Below, piece by piece: positions 46,264 through 62,368 of a DNA stretch of 64,000 bases (positions are counted from its first letter, which is position 1; every line of letters starts with the position of its first letter). Position numbers and translations under genes: made by a program. The notes under the pieces are model-generated. The model had not been told where the DNA came from, made no database searches, and was given only the letters and a program-made list of their open reading frames with translations. The stretch is from Eledone cirrhosa (Eukaryota): the NCBI GenBank assembly GCA_964016885.1, contig OZ024746.1, positions 34,968,001 through 35,032,000 of the forward strand, given 5' to 3'.

Positions 46264-47194
46264 CATAAATATAGATAAATAACACGCTTAATGCTGTCCT
46301 ATTTAGTCCCAATTCGTTATAGTTCGCAACTTTATTTTGTTTTTGTTATTTTCAGGCATTGTATTAATTAGGATAGCACTGCATTACTATGATAATTGCA
46401 TGCTAAACACCGAAAACCACCTAAGATGCCGAAAAAAACATTAAACTGGCTGTAAACACAGAAGGGGACTGGAAGTTCACAAGCCTCAAGTGTATGTATG
46501 GTAAGTCTTTAAACATGGCCACGTTAATTGTTAGAAAACGCCTGCATCAATTATTAGAAAATATCTTTAACTATGATGACGCCGAGTAAAGTTCAGTCAT
46601 TCAAGGAGTAAGTTTAGTGAAATATGTGCTGTACACTTTCTTTGCGTGTGGATATATACTCATATATATATATATATATATATATTTGCGTATATGTATG
46701 CGGGTGTGTCTGTGTAAAAACCTGTAAATACATGCACACTTAGATTGGTATCATATAACATAATGTATTTGATGCCGTATGTGTATTAGGATGTTACGTT
46801 TCTCTTTGATATCTGGTGTTCGTAGTGTTTGAGATGGCTATGGTTTTCAGGATGATGGGTCATGTTCTTTTTTTTGTGTTTATTCTGTTCTTATAGCTTC
46901 CCGATGTGTCACTCTATAAAAGAAAATAGATAAGAGAACAGATTTATAGTGGTGTATTCCATTACTTTGATATTTTAACCAGTTGCTCTTTCGCTTTTAC
47001 GGCTCTGCTTTTTTTCATTTTTTTTCAATTTTTTTATCTGTAATAACTTATAAATGCTTGCCTGTGCAAATATATTTAGTTTCCATTTCCTGTGCCGAAT
47101 GATTTGTAAGGCCATGCTGATCACGGCATAATTTTAACTGAGAACACAACGGTATGTAAATAGATAACAAAACACACACACACACACAGACGCG

Positions 47195-47319
<125 letters not shown>

Positions 47320-48766
47320 GCGCATACACACACACGCATACACACACACGCATACACACACCAACACATTAACACTCGCACACACATAAATATATATAGT
47401 TAAATATGCACATGTTAGTGCTTCTGACATTTTAGTACTTCTGAATATCCATCAACCTTTTAGAACTTCTGATTTTTATCATTGCCAATACGAATCAAAT
47501 TGTTTGCCTGAATATTCTCAATCTAATTAAGCCCAAGGCAATTGATGTCTTGAAGATACCTTCCTATACCTTTCACAACATTATGTCTTTTATTTTAAAC
47601 TCCTTGATGGTTTCAATTATTAAACCTTGAACATCCCGAGGTACCGCATAAATACACTTTAATCAATCCTATTAAACCAGCACGTTTATTTTGAAGTCAG
47701 TTCGTTACTATAGTGACCATTATTTCTTAAAACGTGAAGTTCTGAAGCTTTAACAATTATTAAACTTTGTTTGTGCTGCTAGTAATACCGTGAAAACCAG
47801 CAGGAAAGTATGTACCAATTTCAGACAGGATATGTACATTAAATAACATATATATACATAAATTAATTCTGAAAATTATGATATTTATGAGCCAGTCTGA
47901 ACGTAACCATGTTGCTCAAGGAAGGTTGATTTAGGTGCAGTTCAAGTACAATGGCATACTATGTTAAGTTAACATAAACCAGATCTTGAATGTCCAGTGC
48001 AATGTACAAATTAATTTCTATTATAAATAAAAGTATGCTAGAAAATTGGTAATTTCTTTAGGGTTACAGTTCACGCTATAAATCAGCAACTGTTCATAGC
48101 AGATCAGCTCGAAGTAGCAGGCAAGCTGCAAAACAATACTTAGGTATCTGTAAGAAATTAGTGTGTAATGTATGCATTGTTACCGATTATTTTTGGTTGC
48201 ATCTGTTATTAATTTTATCTAATATTATTTGTCAGAATGCAAAGTTATAAGTCATAAGTTGCACTAGCTGTGAAATAATATAGAAGTACATACAGATGTG
48301 GAGCCACAGATTCGCACCTCTCTCTATTCTCTCTCTCTCTCTATATATATATAGAGAGAGGGGGGTGAGAGTGGGTGGTTCTGGTGTAGAAGTGTGTGTT
48401 GCTGTAAAGTTGCAATTGTTCTTACCAATCTTCAGTATAATGTAGGTCTGAGAAGAAGAGATATATTTGCCGTGTTGTTTGTTGCTCATTCAGATTAAGA
48501 TTTTCTATGATCGAGCAGACCTATTGTGAAAGTTATTTCAGTCATGGTAATCAATTAGAGTCTTCAGTTGTGTTGTAGCCATAGAATGTTAATAAACATA
48601 TAGAGGATAGTAAAGGTTTATGTGAGATTGAATGAGCTTTGGCTCGTGTTTAGCAGGCTGAGCGACATCATAGAGATTCAAACATTGGTGGGTTGAGTTT
48701 GTCGAGTGGTAATGAAAGTAAAACTTCACTGCAGCAGCGATAGTCGTCGTCGTCGTCGTCGTTGTC

Positions 48767-48838
<72 letters not shown>

Positions 48839-49159
48839 TTGGTGAAGGCGGTAGTACTAGCAACAGCATCAGTATTAGTTGTGATAATAGTGGTGGTGGT
48901 GTTGATGTATTCGTTGTGGTGGCGGTGCTGGTGTTGTTGATAGCATTGGTGGTGGTGGGGGTTCTGGTGGTGGTGTTAATGTTGGTAGTGGTGGTAATGG
49001 TAGTGCTGGGAGGTCATCGTCGTCGTTGTGTTACTTGCAGTGATGTGTGAGCTCCATCTGATAGCCGGGATTTTTGACATATCTTCAGATATAATGTTAG
49101 AAGCACAACTAATGAATTTTGACACTCTATATGTCTACCAGTCTAACTGCTCGTGAACC

Positions 49160-49212
<53 letters not shown>

Positions 49213-49524
49213 AACAACTACAATTACAAATATAACTAAGAAATAGCGACAGCAGGCAATGGAGGATGCCATTTTGCCAGTTCTGATAAAACTTCAACAC
49301 TCAATGCTATCATTTCCCGTTTATTATACGTCCTTGACACGAGTGTGCTGCTAATGCACATTAGAAGGCACATTTATCGTTAGTAGACATGTAATTATGT
49401 CTTACATACATCTTCTATTTCTCTTCACACGTCTAACAGTATTCACACATACACACATTTTATATACATAAAGAGACGGGATCTGACGGCTGAGTTCTTG
49501 CCGTTTCCATAGCTAGTTCAAGAC

Positions 49525-49654
<130 letters not shown>

Positions 49655-50015
49655 GAGATAGATACATAGAGATAGGGGAGTATGTGGTTATACATAATAC
49701 ATATATACACACACAAAGGCAGAGAATATATCACGTATAAAAGACAAAACAGATTATGTCACCTCGCAATGACCTGGTGGGGAAAAAGTCTTTGAATTCA
49801 TCTTGATTTTTTAATAAATTTATTTGAATTCTGTCAGTCAAACCTATTTTATTGACACATTCGAGTCTTCATACTTAACGACACCACATATCTCTCACCA
49901 CGCATTCCAATTCTTTATATTCCTCCAACGGATACAAATAACCACGAAATATCCTTCTCAACTAACTTCTGAAGAACAGCGCAGAAATGTTTTCAATTCG
50001 CACTGAACTCACATA

Positions 50016-50081
<66 letters not shown>

Positions 50082-50138
50082 GGAGAGAGACAGAGAGAGA
50101 GGGGGGAATATATGTATAATCCCGATAGATAGTTTATG

Positions 50139-51237
<1,099 letters not shown>

Positions 51238-51256
51238 ATATATATATATATATATA

Positions 51257-51660
51257 AGTAATAATACAATGACGATTTTCTATGTCCTTATTAGATTTAT
51301 TGAGTAGTGACTCGCGTTTCACTATTGATCAGATCAACGTTCGATCTGTATCGATTTAGCCCAATTATGTAATCAAAAGGTCCTCGGCCCTCTGCTGTGG
51401 TAATGATGGTTTGAACCTGTAGGCCTTTTCTAAGCCCTACAGGTTCATTATGTCTTTACCTCAGCAGAGTTTCAACGAGCATTTGATCCTTGAGCTGATC
51501 AATTGCGAAACTCATGTCACTACACAATAATGGTAATGAAGCCATAATAAACCATACTTTTATTATTATATTTACAGTCTGCTTAGTTATACACCTCATT
51601 ACAGACTTGACACTACGCATCGAGTGCCCACTCGGGTGAACCTACAAGAAAAGTTACACT

Positions 51661-51663
<3 letters not shown>
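51257..51663. mobile_element. Old family V fold-back
   Basis: Diverged arms: GTAGTGACTCGCGTTTC vs GAAACTCATGTCACTAC, with inner TGAACCTGTAGG/CCTACAGGTTCA. Confidence 0.65.
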
Positions 51664-51750
<87 letters not shown>

Positions 51751-52070
51751 TTATTGCTATATTTGGAGTGTTCATGTTGCTTGTATTGCCAATAAATCAA
51801 ACATACGCACAGGAAATATACTGGCATTGGAATGATATAGAGAAGATGAGCAGGGCCGCTAAGGAAAATGAAATGCAACTTCGTAAAGCGTTACATATTT
51901 TATTGTATGATGCGTGTTGCTTGGAATATTGGTAAAATAACCATCCTCAAATATAAAAACATCGACTTCTACACACGACTTCACATCAAGAAACTTGAAA
52001 ACAAATAGTACGCGATCGTATATATATATATACATATATATATATATTTATATATCATATATATATATAT

Positions 52071-52205
52071 CATTACGAGCAGAGGATCCGCTAAGGTGAA
52101 GCAATTGTTCTCGGTATGGTGAACTAACTGTTGTGTAACCACTCCTACATAACTCGTCTCTTAGACTGAGTGCTCTACCACTACGGATATTACCTTCCAG
52201 TGTTC

Positions 52206-52210
<5 letters not shown>
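52071..52210 (+). mobile_element. Short pLTR-like insert with variant hammerhead and tail stem
   Basis: CGAG-CAGAGGA-tCC/gctaa/GGt-GAAG-CAATTG-TT-CTCG, then ACTCC...GAGTGCT. (TA)n on both sides. Confidence 0.6.
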
Positions 52211-52303
<93 letters not shown>

Positions 52304-52823
52304 AAGTATGTATGTATATATATATATTGATATATATATATGTATCTCTACGTAAATCGTTACCTACATTTAAATCTTATATAACTGGAAGACGTTTCTT
52401 AAGGACATCTCGAAATTAGTGATCAGATTATACAGCTTCCTTGAAAGCGGAATTCCGTAATCTGAGTTTTCTTAACCGAAGGCTTACTTGGACACACATA
52501 ATGCATGCGTACGAAAATAATATACCTATCTATGATGAATATTATCGGCTCCCGTTATTTGGAAGATTATCATTATTTGCTATCTGATGGAATTGAAATA
52601 GTTAGTGAACAGATTATAATCAAGCGATTGCTGATCGATGATGAATGTATTTACCGATATTTTAGAGAAAGGAATTGATTTCTGTCAAAAGAACCAGTTG
52701 TGATGCGATATCCTGGCCTCAGAAAGAAAAGTATTGATTTTTTCTTCAGTTATCTATATATTATAAAGAATCATATAGTAATATATTTATGCCTGTGTAT
52801 GTATACATATGTATGTATATATC

Positions 52824-52931
<108 letters not shown>

Positions 52932-53999
52932 GAGAGAGAGTTTATAATAATATTACTGGCGTCTGATTTAGGTGCAAGGCCAACAATCTTTGGAGAATCA
53001 CTCTAACACATGGGGTTACATATTCAGGCGGTTTGCCTTCTTCTCGATTTTGCAGAGTATAATATCAGTGAGGGAATCGAAGACGTCAGAGGTCTCGACA
53101 ATAACCTCCACGAAAAGAAAGCCTTGGGCAATTCACATATATACTATCGAAATCTATCTGATTCATAATGTTCTTAAAGTCCCGGTCGTTTTAAAAAAGT
53201 ATGTACGTTTCCAATCATTTTCCAGACGATACGTATGCATTTCTTTTAATATATCTAATATATCATTCAATTCAGAAGTCCTACTATTTACGTCTTCATT
53301 GTGAACTTATTTTTCTGCCATAATAAACATGTTGTATTGTTGTTTTTGTTATATGCTCAGACATTGTCGCTGATATTTGCAGCTGTTTATAGTCTTAGAA
53401 TTAATAGACATTATGTTGTCTACGTTTTCTTTGTCGTCAACACAGACACTGCTTTTAACGATATTGCGGATTTTGTCGGTATTTTATTGTACAATTGAAC
53501 TACTCATTGAAATTTACCTTTGTGCCTGTAGGGCTGTGACAGCTATTAGGAGAGGTCATTTTCACTTGGTGATGAAGTTAATTGTGCATTTTGTGGGGTT
53601 CCTTGATCAGTGTTATAGAATTAAACATTTTCTTAGAGATATATATTATTTTCTTCCATACGTTTTGTTTCATGATTACTTTCATTACTTTTCTGTTTTG
53701 TTTTTTTAAATTTGTATTTGTATATTTATCCATCGCAGAATCTTTAGAAGATCGCAGAAAATGCTTTGCATTCATACTTTCTGTTATTTAATTTCTGTGA
53801 TCAAGCTCCTCTAAAGTCAACTATGTGTTACATCTATCCGGGATCGATAAAGAAGTCCCAGTAAGTGCTTGGGTGGTGATCTTCCCTATTAGATAATTTT
53901 TATTATTTTCTGTTTTATTTGTTTACAAGCTTTCGATTTTTTGTAAATAGTTAGTTTTTATCTTGTCCTAATTATTTCGGCCCTTGTCGACAACATCCT

Positions 54000-54312
54000 T
54001 TGCAGCATATATTTACGCCCATGTAGGTTCTGAGTTCAAATCCCATTGAGGTCAGTTTTTCCTTTCATCCTTATAGGGTTCATAAAATAAAGTACCGGTA
54101 ACGATTTTACCCTCTCCCAAAATGATTGGCCTTGAGCTTAAATCAGAAACTATTATTATTATTATTATTATTATTGTCTTTTGTATTGTACGGTCTGACT
54201 TCAAATCCCGCCGAGGTTAATTTTGCCTTTCTTCCTTACGGGGTCGATAAAATAAAGTAACAGTAATGCACCGGAATAATTGCTGGCCTTGTGCCTAAAG
54301 TAGAAACAATTA
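54000..54312 (+). mobile_element. Two partial SINE family S-related copies
   Basis: CCTTTCATCCTTATAGGGTTCATAAAATAAAG at ~54061 and CCTTACGGGGTCGATAAAATAAAG at ~54235. Confidence 0.75.
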
Positions 54313-55328
54313 TTACTATAATTACATTTATGATTAACTGCGTTGTTAACAACATCGCTAATATTGTCGCAAAGCTGTATAGCGCCATAAAAATTACATT
54401 TTGATCATTTGTAGTAGTCATATTTAAGTAAAATTGTCGGCTGGTAGCTCATATATATATTTTTTTTTAACTTTTATACATGTTGGTTTCGATAAATAAG
54501 GAACACAATAAGTAATGGAAACGGTTACAACGAGTGTTTCAAGTGTCCCACTATATCACGGATTCATTGTGAACATGCACTTCATTAATATAATATTACT
54601 ACTAATATTATTATTGCCATTAGTGTTTTATTTTTCAAAAAGGATTAACGGTATTCTTATTAACATCGTTAACAATATCATCATCATAATCATGTTCAGC
54701 GTCGTCATGTCATCATCACCATTATCATTGTTGTCATCCTTCTCGTCGATTTCACCGTCAACATCATGAACATCATCAAAATCAACAAACGGCGTCATTA
54801 GATATATATATGTACAATATGAGATGTAAATTTAATATCTTCAACATTATCGTATATTTCTAACACCTTCATCATCATTATCATAATCATTGTTCACACG
54901 AACACCATCACCAACAATATTACTGATTTTGTCAACATCACCATCAACAAGAACATCTTCATCATCAACAATGTCATAACCGCCGTTCATTTGACTGTTG
55001 TTATTTTTGCAGCAAAGCGTATCTAACCACCTATAACTGCAACCCCCAACAGCCCACCCTGGCCCTCAATAAAAAATCGATTAAGACAATTCTCAGATTA
55101 CTTCTGGCGCCACCGAGCAACTTCCTTTTCTATTGATTGGTGCGCAGCAATTTCTTAGAGAAAGAACATAAAAGATTTAACAAAAGTTAAAACTGTATTC
55201 AAAGTAGTTTCTAAGAAAATGAATAAAGAATTTCCAAATGTAACAATAAAGATAAGAACAAAAATATCAACAGCGACAATAACAATAACAAAGAGTTATA
55301 TCGTTGAGCAACTACATCAACATCATTA

Positions 55329-55363
<35 letters not shown>

Positions 55364-55956
55364 AACGATGACGACGACGACGACGACGATGGCGGTGATG
55401 ATGATGATAATGATGATAATAATAATAATAATATCAATGATAATGGTAATAATATACATAATTCTTCCTACGGCTCGTACTATGAATACACATAAGAGTA
55501 TATCGTATGCAGTAAAGAAGCGAGTAACACCCTGGATACAAACGGGCACACATAAAAACAGCGACACAAAACATCACACATACACACCCACACATATACA
55601 CATACACAAACACATACACATACACACACACATACAAACACATACAAACATATATACATATAAATACACACACACACACACATGAATATATACATATATA
55701 TATATAAATATATATACAAAGAGCGAGAAATATGTAAAATCCCGACGGTGGTATACCAAGCGTTTTTCCCTTGTGCGACACACTAACCCAATACGACTGG
55801 TGCCGCATTCACGATTTTACATATCTATACCAACTCTGCATCTCCCTATGCATTCAGTATTCCCATGACTAGTGGTCCCCCTTGTCACAGCACCGCAACT
55901 CTCTCTCTCTCTATTTCTCTCTCTCTCTCTATCTCTCTCTCTCTCTCTCTCTCTAG

Positions 55957-56122
<166 letters not shown>

Positions 56123-56325
56123 AAGTAGTTGCACAAAATACAACACTATAGGGTTCAATATATTTACAATCTTACAGAATTGCCGTTCTTTTACATTGCA
56201 TCTACAATTTTCATTCTATTGCAAGTTTCATTTAAGCATTCAAATCTACATTTCCTATATATGCAATAAATCAGTACGTTAATGTTGGTTTGAATCATTT
56301 CGTATTATTATTATTTGAATGATAG

Positions 56326-56690
56326 GGCGGTGGATTGGCAGTATCGGTAGAGTGTCGGGCGCCATGCTTTGACGCATTGAGTTACGTCCCTTGCCATTCT
56401 GAGTTCAAATCCCGCCGAGGTTAACTTTGCCTTTCATCCTTACGCGGTCGATAAAATAAAGCGTTGTGCCAAAAAGTAGAAACAATTATTATTTGAATGA
56501 TAATATGGTGAATTGGCAGTATCTGTAGAGGGTTGGACGCCATGCTTTCTAGCATAGTTATGTCCCTTTACAGTCTGAGTTCAAATCCCGCCGAGGTTAA
56601 CTTTGCCTTTCATCCTTACGGGGTCGATAAAATAAAGTACCAGTAATGTACTGGAAATTTGCTGGCCTTGTGCCTAAAGTAGAAACAATT
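56326..56690 (+). mobile_element. Head-to-tail SINE family S dimer
   Basis: Two copies, with ATTATTTGAATGATA before, between and after them. Confidence 0.9.
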
Positions 56691-57073
56691 ATTTGAATGA
56701 TAATATATATATTTACTTAATACATACACAATTTTATACAAGCCTGTGTTGTGTTTAATAATATGGGAATTAAGCTTGACTGAATCATTAAGAATATACA
56801 GTAACCACGACAAGCATGGAGTAAAATCTTCTTCATCTAGTGTAATTTACTATAGTCATAGGACAAACTATGCCATATGTGGGAAATTGAAGGGAATGGA
56901 AGTTTTCGAAAGCCCGTTAGATTATACGTTTATGTCAACGCATCACTTACAGTGCTACGATGACATTGAGATATACGTTTCTACGTGTATATACACGAAT
57001 TATTTATGATTACCTCAATTGTGGATAACTTAATTTCGCTTCTCTCGTATGCTTCGTGAATTAAAGAAACGTT

Positions 57074-57104
<31 letters not shown>

Positions 57105-57384
57105 GGTATTGAAGTTTCCGTTGAAAATTGAAAAAGTCATAGGAGTGAAGAGTGCTCTATGTAAGTACCAGAGCAAAATGTAATGTATAATAAACAATAC
57201 AATATAGTGACCTCATTACCAGAGGTTTCCCGAATAAGACGAATGCGAAAAAAACGTCCTCATTCGTTCGTCGGACAAGGCAATATTGCCTTGTCCGACG
57301 AACGAATGAGGACGTTTTTTTCGTATTCGTCTTATTCGGGAAACCTCTGGTAATGAGGTAATTATATTGTATTGTTTATTATAC

Positions 57385-57388
<4 letters not shown>
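57105..57388. mobile_element. Loopless fold-back with CCGACGA-core hammerheads
   Basis: Palindrome ~57181-57388 with axis 57284/57285. TTGCCTTGT-CCGACGA-aCGAATGAGGACG..CGTCTTATTCGg-GAAA-cctctg-GTA-ATGAGGTAA. Tail on the left. Confidence 0.85.
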
Positions 57389-58236
<848 letters not shown>

Positions 58237-58242
58237 CATATG

Positions 58243-58280
<38 letters not shown>

Positions 58281-58285
<5 letters not shown>

Positions 58286-58498
58286 TAAAATAACAGATTA
58301 AAGCAAAGAATTTAAGCAAATAATCTGTGCTTTCACCCTTGACGGGAAGATCCCGTTAAGGGTGAAAGCAGCAATCCTTTGCTTAAACTTTAATCTGTTA
58401 TTTTAATAAATATTTGCTCTACGGTTCTTATATATTTGACATATATTTATCCTTATCGAGCCCTCTTTGGATTTAGTCTTCAAATTTATTATTATTAC
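58281..58498. mobile_element. Family Y mini fold-back
   Basis: CTTTCACCCTTGACGGGA/TCCCGTTAAGGGTGAAAG axis, arms to TTTATTAAAATAACAG/CTGTTATTTTAATAAA, then tail. Confidence 0.85.
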
Positions 58499-58545
<47 letters not shown>

Positions 58546-58712
58546 GCATATAAGCAAGTAGGACAGTCAAATACACAAATCTGAAAGTAGTTATTCGTAG
58601 AGTAAAGGTAAAGCAATTGATGATTTACATATACGTACATAATTCATTCATAAAAACAACCAATCCTGAAATAAGTGTCTATACAAGAAATAAGTAATTT
58701 GCCATAAACCCA

Positions 58713-58934
<222 letters not shown>

Positions 58935-58935
58935 T

Positions 58936-61320
58936 AGTAATAATAATAAATTTGAAGACTAAAATCCAAAGAGGGCTCGATAAGGATAAATATATATAAA
59001 ATATATAAGAAACGTAGAGCAAATATTTATTAAAATAACAGATTAAAGTTTAAGCAAAGAATCGCTGCTTTCACCCTTAACGGTATCTTCTGAACTAACA
59101 AAGTTAATCTGTAAACGCAGAAGTGAACATTTCTAAAAACGTTGCAACCGGAGGGAGACAGGAAGACGATACTTTGGTTCGTGGAAACGTTCCCTGGCAA
59201 AGAACGGGAAAAAACGAGTATAATATGTCATTATTTGGAGCGGTGAAAAACAATTACACGCAAAGGCAGAACCACGTTTATGGTATAAAAGAATTCGTAG
59301 ACTAATATTCTCTAAGGTGGTACATAGAGACGTTCTCTGGCAATGAACGGAAAAAACGAAGAGAATACGTCATACGTGGAGAACAATTGCACGCAAAGAC
59401 AAAACCACGTAAATGATATAACTGAAGTCTTAGACTAAAATTCTAACTAGGAAACCGAATGAATCTCCGCTTCAGAGTTAAGAATAAAGTAAATAGAATA
59501 AATAAAATACAGAGGTAATTGAAATTAAATAAATACATACACGCATGCAAATACGTACATACACAAGCATACGCGAAAACACTCGCCATAGGTATACAAA
59601 TACACGCATATATAGATATGTGTGTGTGTGTGTGCGTGTGCGTATATACAAATAATTACATAAACGTATATAAATAAATAAATACGTATATAACAAGAGC
59701 ACACACATACCTACATGTAGATATACAAATGTTCGTAGACGAACGTCAACCAAAACACGAAGTACACATATACACACACCCTACATACGGTCGAACTCGC
59801 ATACTCACACAGACGCAAAACTCACGTACACACAACCAAAAGCATATGTACCAGAATCTATAAAATATACGCCATAACATATACAATCAAATATACGTAC
59901 GAGAAATTATACGTACCTTCACAAAACATACAGGTAATATATACTTACCTATGCAAATAAGTAATGGTATAAACATAACATATACTTGGCTACCACATCG
60001 AGACGTAAAATACCCGCGTATAGATCGTACTATCCGTTAGGGTATAATGTGGGGCTGTAATACAGGAAAGTTTTGTGCAATTTAAGTTTACAAGCCGAAA
60101 TCGCCTCAGATTTTTTGATTAACATGTGGTCTGTGGCGTAGAGTATTTCCAGGGCCTCAGCGGCGCAGAAGTCACATGGTCTTTTATTTCCGTTATACGA
60201 TCTATCCCTAGCTAGGATCTCCCAGTGTAACTTATATTGGGTGTGGTTGTCTTTTAGACTCCAGATATAAGCTGAAAGTGACGTCATATTCATTCTAAGA
60301 GGGTAACGAAAAGAATGGGTATGCATGTAAAGACGCTGCTTGAATCTATTGGCGGTTAACCCTATGTAGGCCGTACGGGACGTGGGTGTTACAACCTTAC
60401 ATTTGTAGACAATGTTACTAGAGAGGCAATTCCCGGATAGGGGGCAATCAACCCGATTCCTACAATTACAGTTAGTACTAACTACAGGGTTGCACGTGTT
60501 CCTACGGCTAGGTAGTTTAGCTAAATTTGAAGCTGTGATGTTATGTGCAAGGTTAGGAGCCGTAGAGGAAGAAATTTTAATAGTATTTCTATTAAAAATG
60601 TTACTATATTTATGTGTAGGGGGAAAATGCTTCGTAATGAGGGAAAGAAAGATCTTAGCTAATGGTGTGGCCACCTCCATATTATATGGTGGGTTATACC
60701 AACAAATGCGACGGGATCTATTTCTTCTAGGTCTATTTCGTACTCTGTATATGCTACCTTATCGACAAATCCACTTCGAGCAACAGCTTCATTGTAATAA
60801 GTCGAATGGTCGTTGAAAATACGCTTGTTGGTGGAAAGACGGGAAAGCCTCAACGAAACGTTTCTTGCCAGGTTCTTGGTTATGCTGGCAGGATGGTTGG
60901 AATACTTACTTATGTAATTAAGCGTATCATTTGGCTTTCTATACGGGTAATACAACCCATTCAATAGGTTGAGGGTAACGTCGAGGTAATTAATGTCTGA
61001 GAGGTTGGCCTCAACCTGTATAGAGAGGTTGAAGCCTTTAAAGAAGGCTTTGAGTTCTTTTCTGAACATGTCGCAAGCACGAGGGCCGCACTTAGTCATG
61101 GTCAAAAGACCATCATCACGGTACAAACCACCGCCCAGGTTGGAGAATTCGTCCTTGATAGAGAAAAGAAGGAAAAGGCCGATAAGATCAGTAACCTCCG
61201 CAGAATCGCTGACGCCTCACTTCTGCGTTTACAGATTGACTTTGTTAGTTTCAGAAGATCCCGTTAAGGGTGAAAGCAGCGATTCTTTGCTTAAACTTTA
61301 ATCTGTTATTTTAATAAATA
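58936..61320 (-). mobile_element. 5'-truncated Penelope-like retroelement (Nematis/Neptune-like), parent of family Y
   Basis: RT (SAEVTDLIGL..GLYRDDGL..NYLDVTLNL..PYRKPN, 61216-60750), frameshift, WYNPPY linker, CNCRNRVDCPLSGNC and GIY-YIG (IVYKC..YIGLT..FKQR..H) to 60030. Then 3' UTR, hammerhead variant 59048-59095 and tail. Inverted pLTR 61217-61320. (TA)n on both sides. Confidence 0.92.
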
Positions 61321-61799
61321 TATATATACATTTATATATATATAAACATTTATATATATATATGATATTTAGTTGGTTTGCTTGAAAGCTGTGAAATTTC
61401 ATTAGTTGTCAGTTGATGGCATAATGGTATGGGGAGTAAAAAGGGAATATTTATATTGGCAGGCAATAAGATCAAAAGAAGCTTGCATTAGAAACAATAT
61501 ATAAATAGTTGGGTATTTAGTAATAACTGTAGAGTTCAGAGAGAGAGAGAGAGTGTGTCTGTGTGTGTGGATGACAGAGAGAGAGTGAGAGAAAGAGAGC
61601 GAGAGGGAGAGAGAGAGTGGAGAGAGAAAAACGAGTGAGAGAATGAAGGAGTTCGAGTGAGATGGTAAGAAAGAGAAAAGAAGGCGAGAGCTGGGTATAT
61701 ATGTAAATAGATCGAGATTGAGACGAAAAGAGAGAGTTGAACCATACAATTTGCCACAACCGATTGTATGTAGTTATACATAACCCACACAAAATTAAA

Positions 61800-62045
61800 T
61801 TCATTCACACATTTATATATTCGATTATATAATATATATAACTATATGTACAGAAATGATTTATGCAGCACTATAAATGTTTGATTCGTATGAAATCATC
61901 AGGAATGATTTCATACGAATGAAAGAGTTATTGTCCTGTAAATGTCAATTCGATATATAATAAATATGCTTATTCTCTACTAACATATTTAGTACCTTAA
62001 TTAATGGTGGTTATTTCCCGATTCCCTTCGAAGTACCACCTTTAA
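61800..62045. mobile_element. Old fold-back with hammerhead remnant
   Basis: TTCGTATGAAATCAT-cagga-ATGATTTCATACGAA core. CTGATGA on the minus strand. Diverged outer arms. Confidence 0.5.
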
Positions 62046-62068
62046 TTACACACACACACACAGACACA

Positions 62069-62099
<31 letters not shown>

Positions 62100-62106
62100 T
62101 TATAAA

Positions 62107-62312
62107 TATAACAAAGAAGGAGTCGTAAGATACCAGGTGGACAAAAGCGCACCAGAGTACTCGAAACTTAAGTTAGTAGAGTGAGTAATAAGAAAAGAGT
62201 CAGGACCCCGACGGCTGAGCTGCGGCCGTTTCTATAGCTAGATCGGAACAGTTCGGATCTAGCAGTCGAAACGGCTGGAACTCAGCCGTCGGAGTCCTGA
62301 CTCTTTTCTTAT
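62107..62312. mobile_element. Family W fold-back (subfamily 2)
   Basis: Arms ~62188-62245/62256-62312 with GAAA-CGG..CCG-TC-GG. Tail on the left. Fragments at ~3840-3892 and ~49470-49525. Confidence 0.85.
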
Positions 62313-62317
62313 ATATA

Positions 62318-62368
<51 letters not shown>

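Noticed and set aside
55030-55150. Promoter (reverse CCAAT, slightly GC-rich)
   Set aside because: A single short motif with no associated gene evidence.
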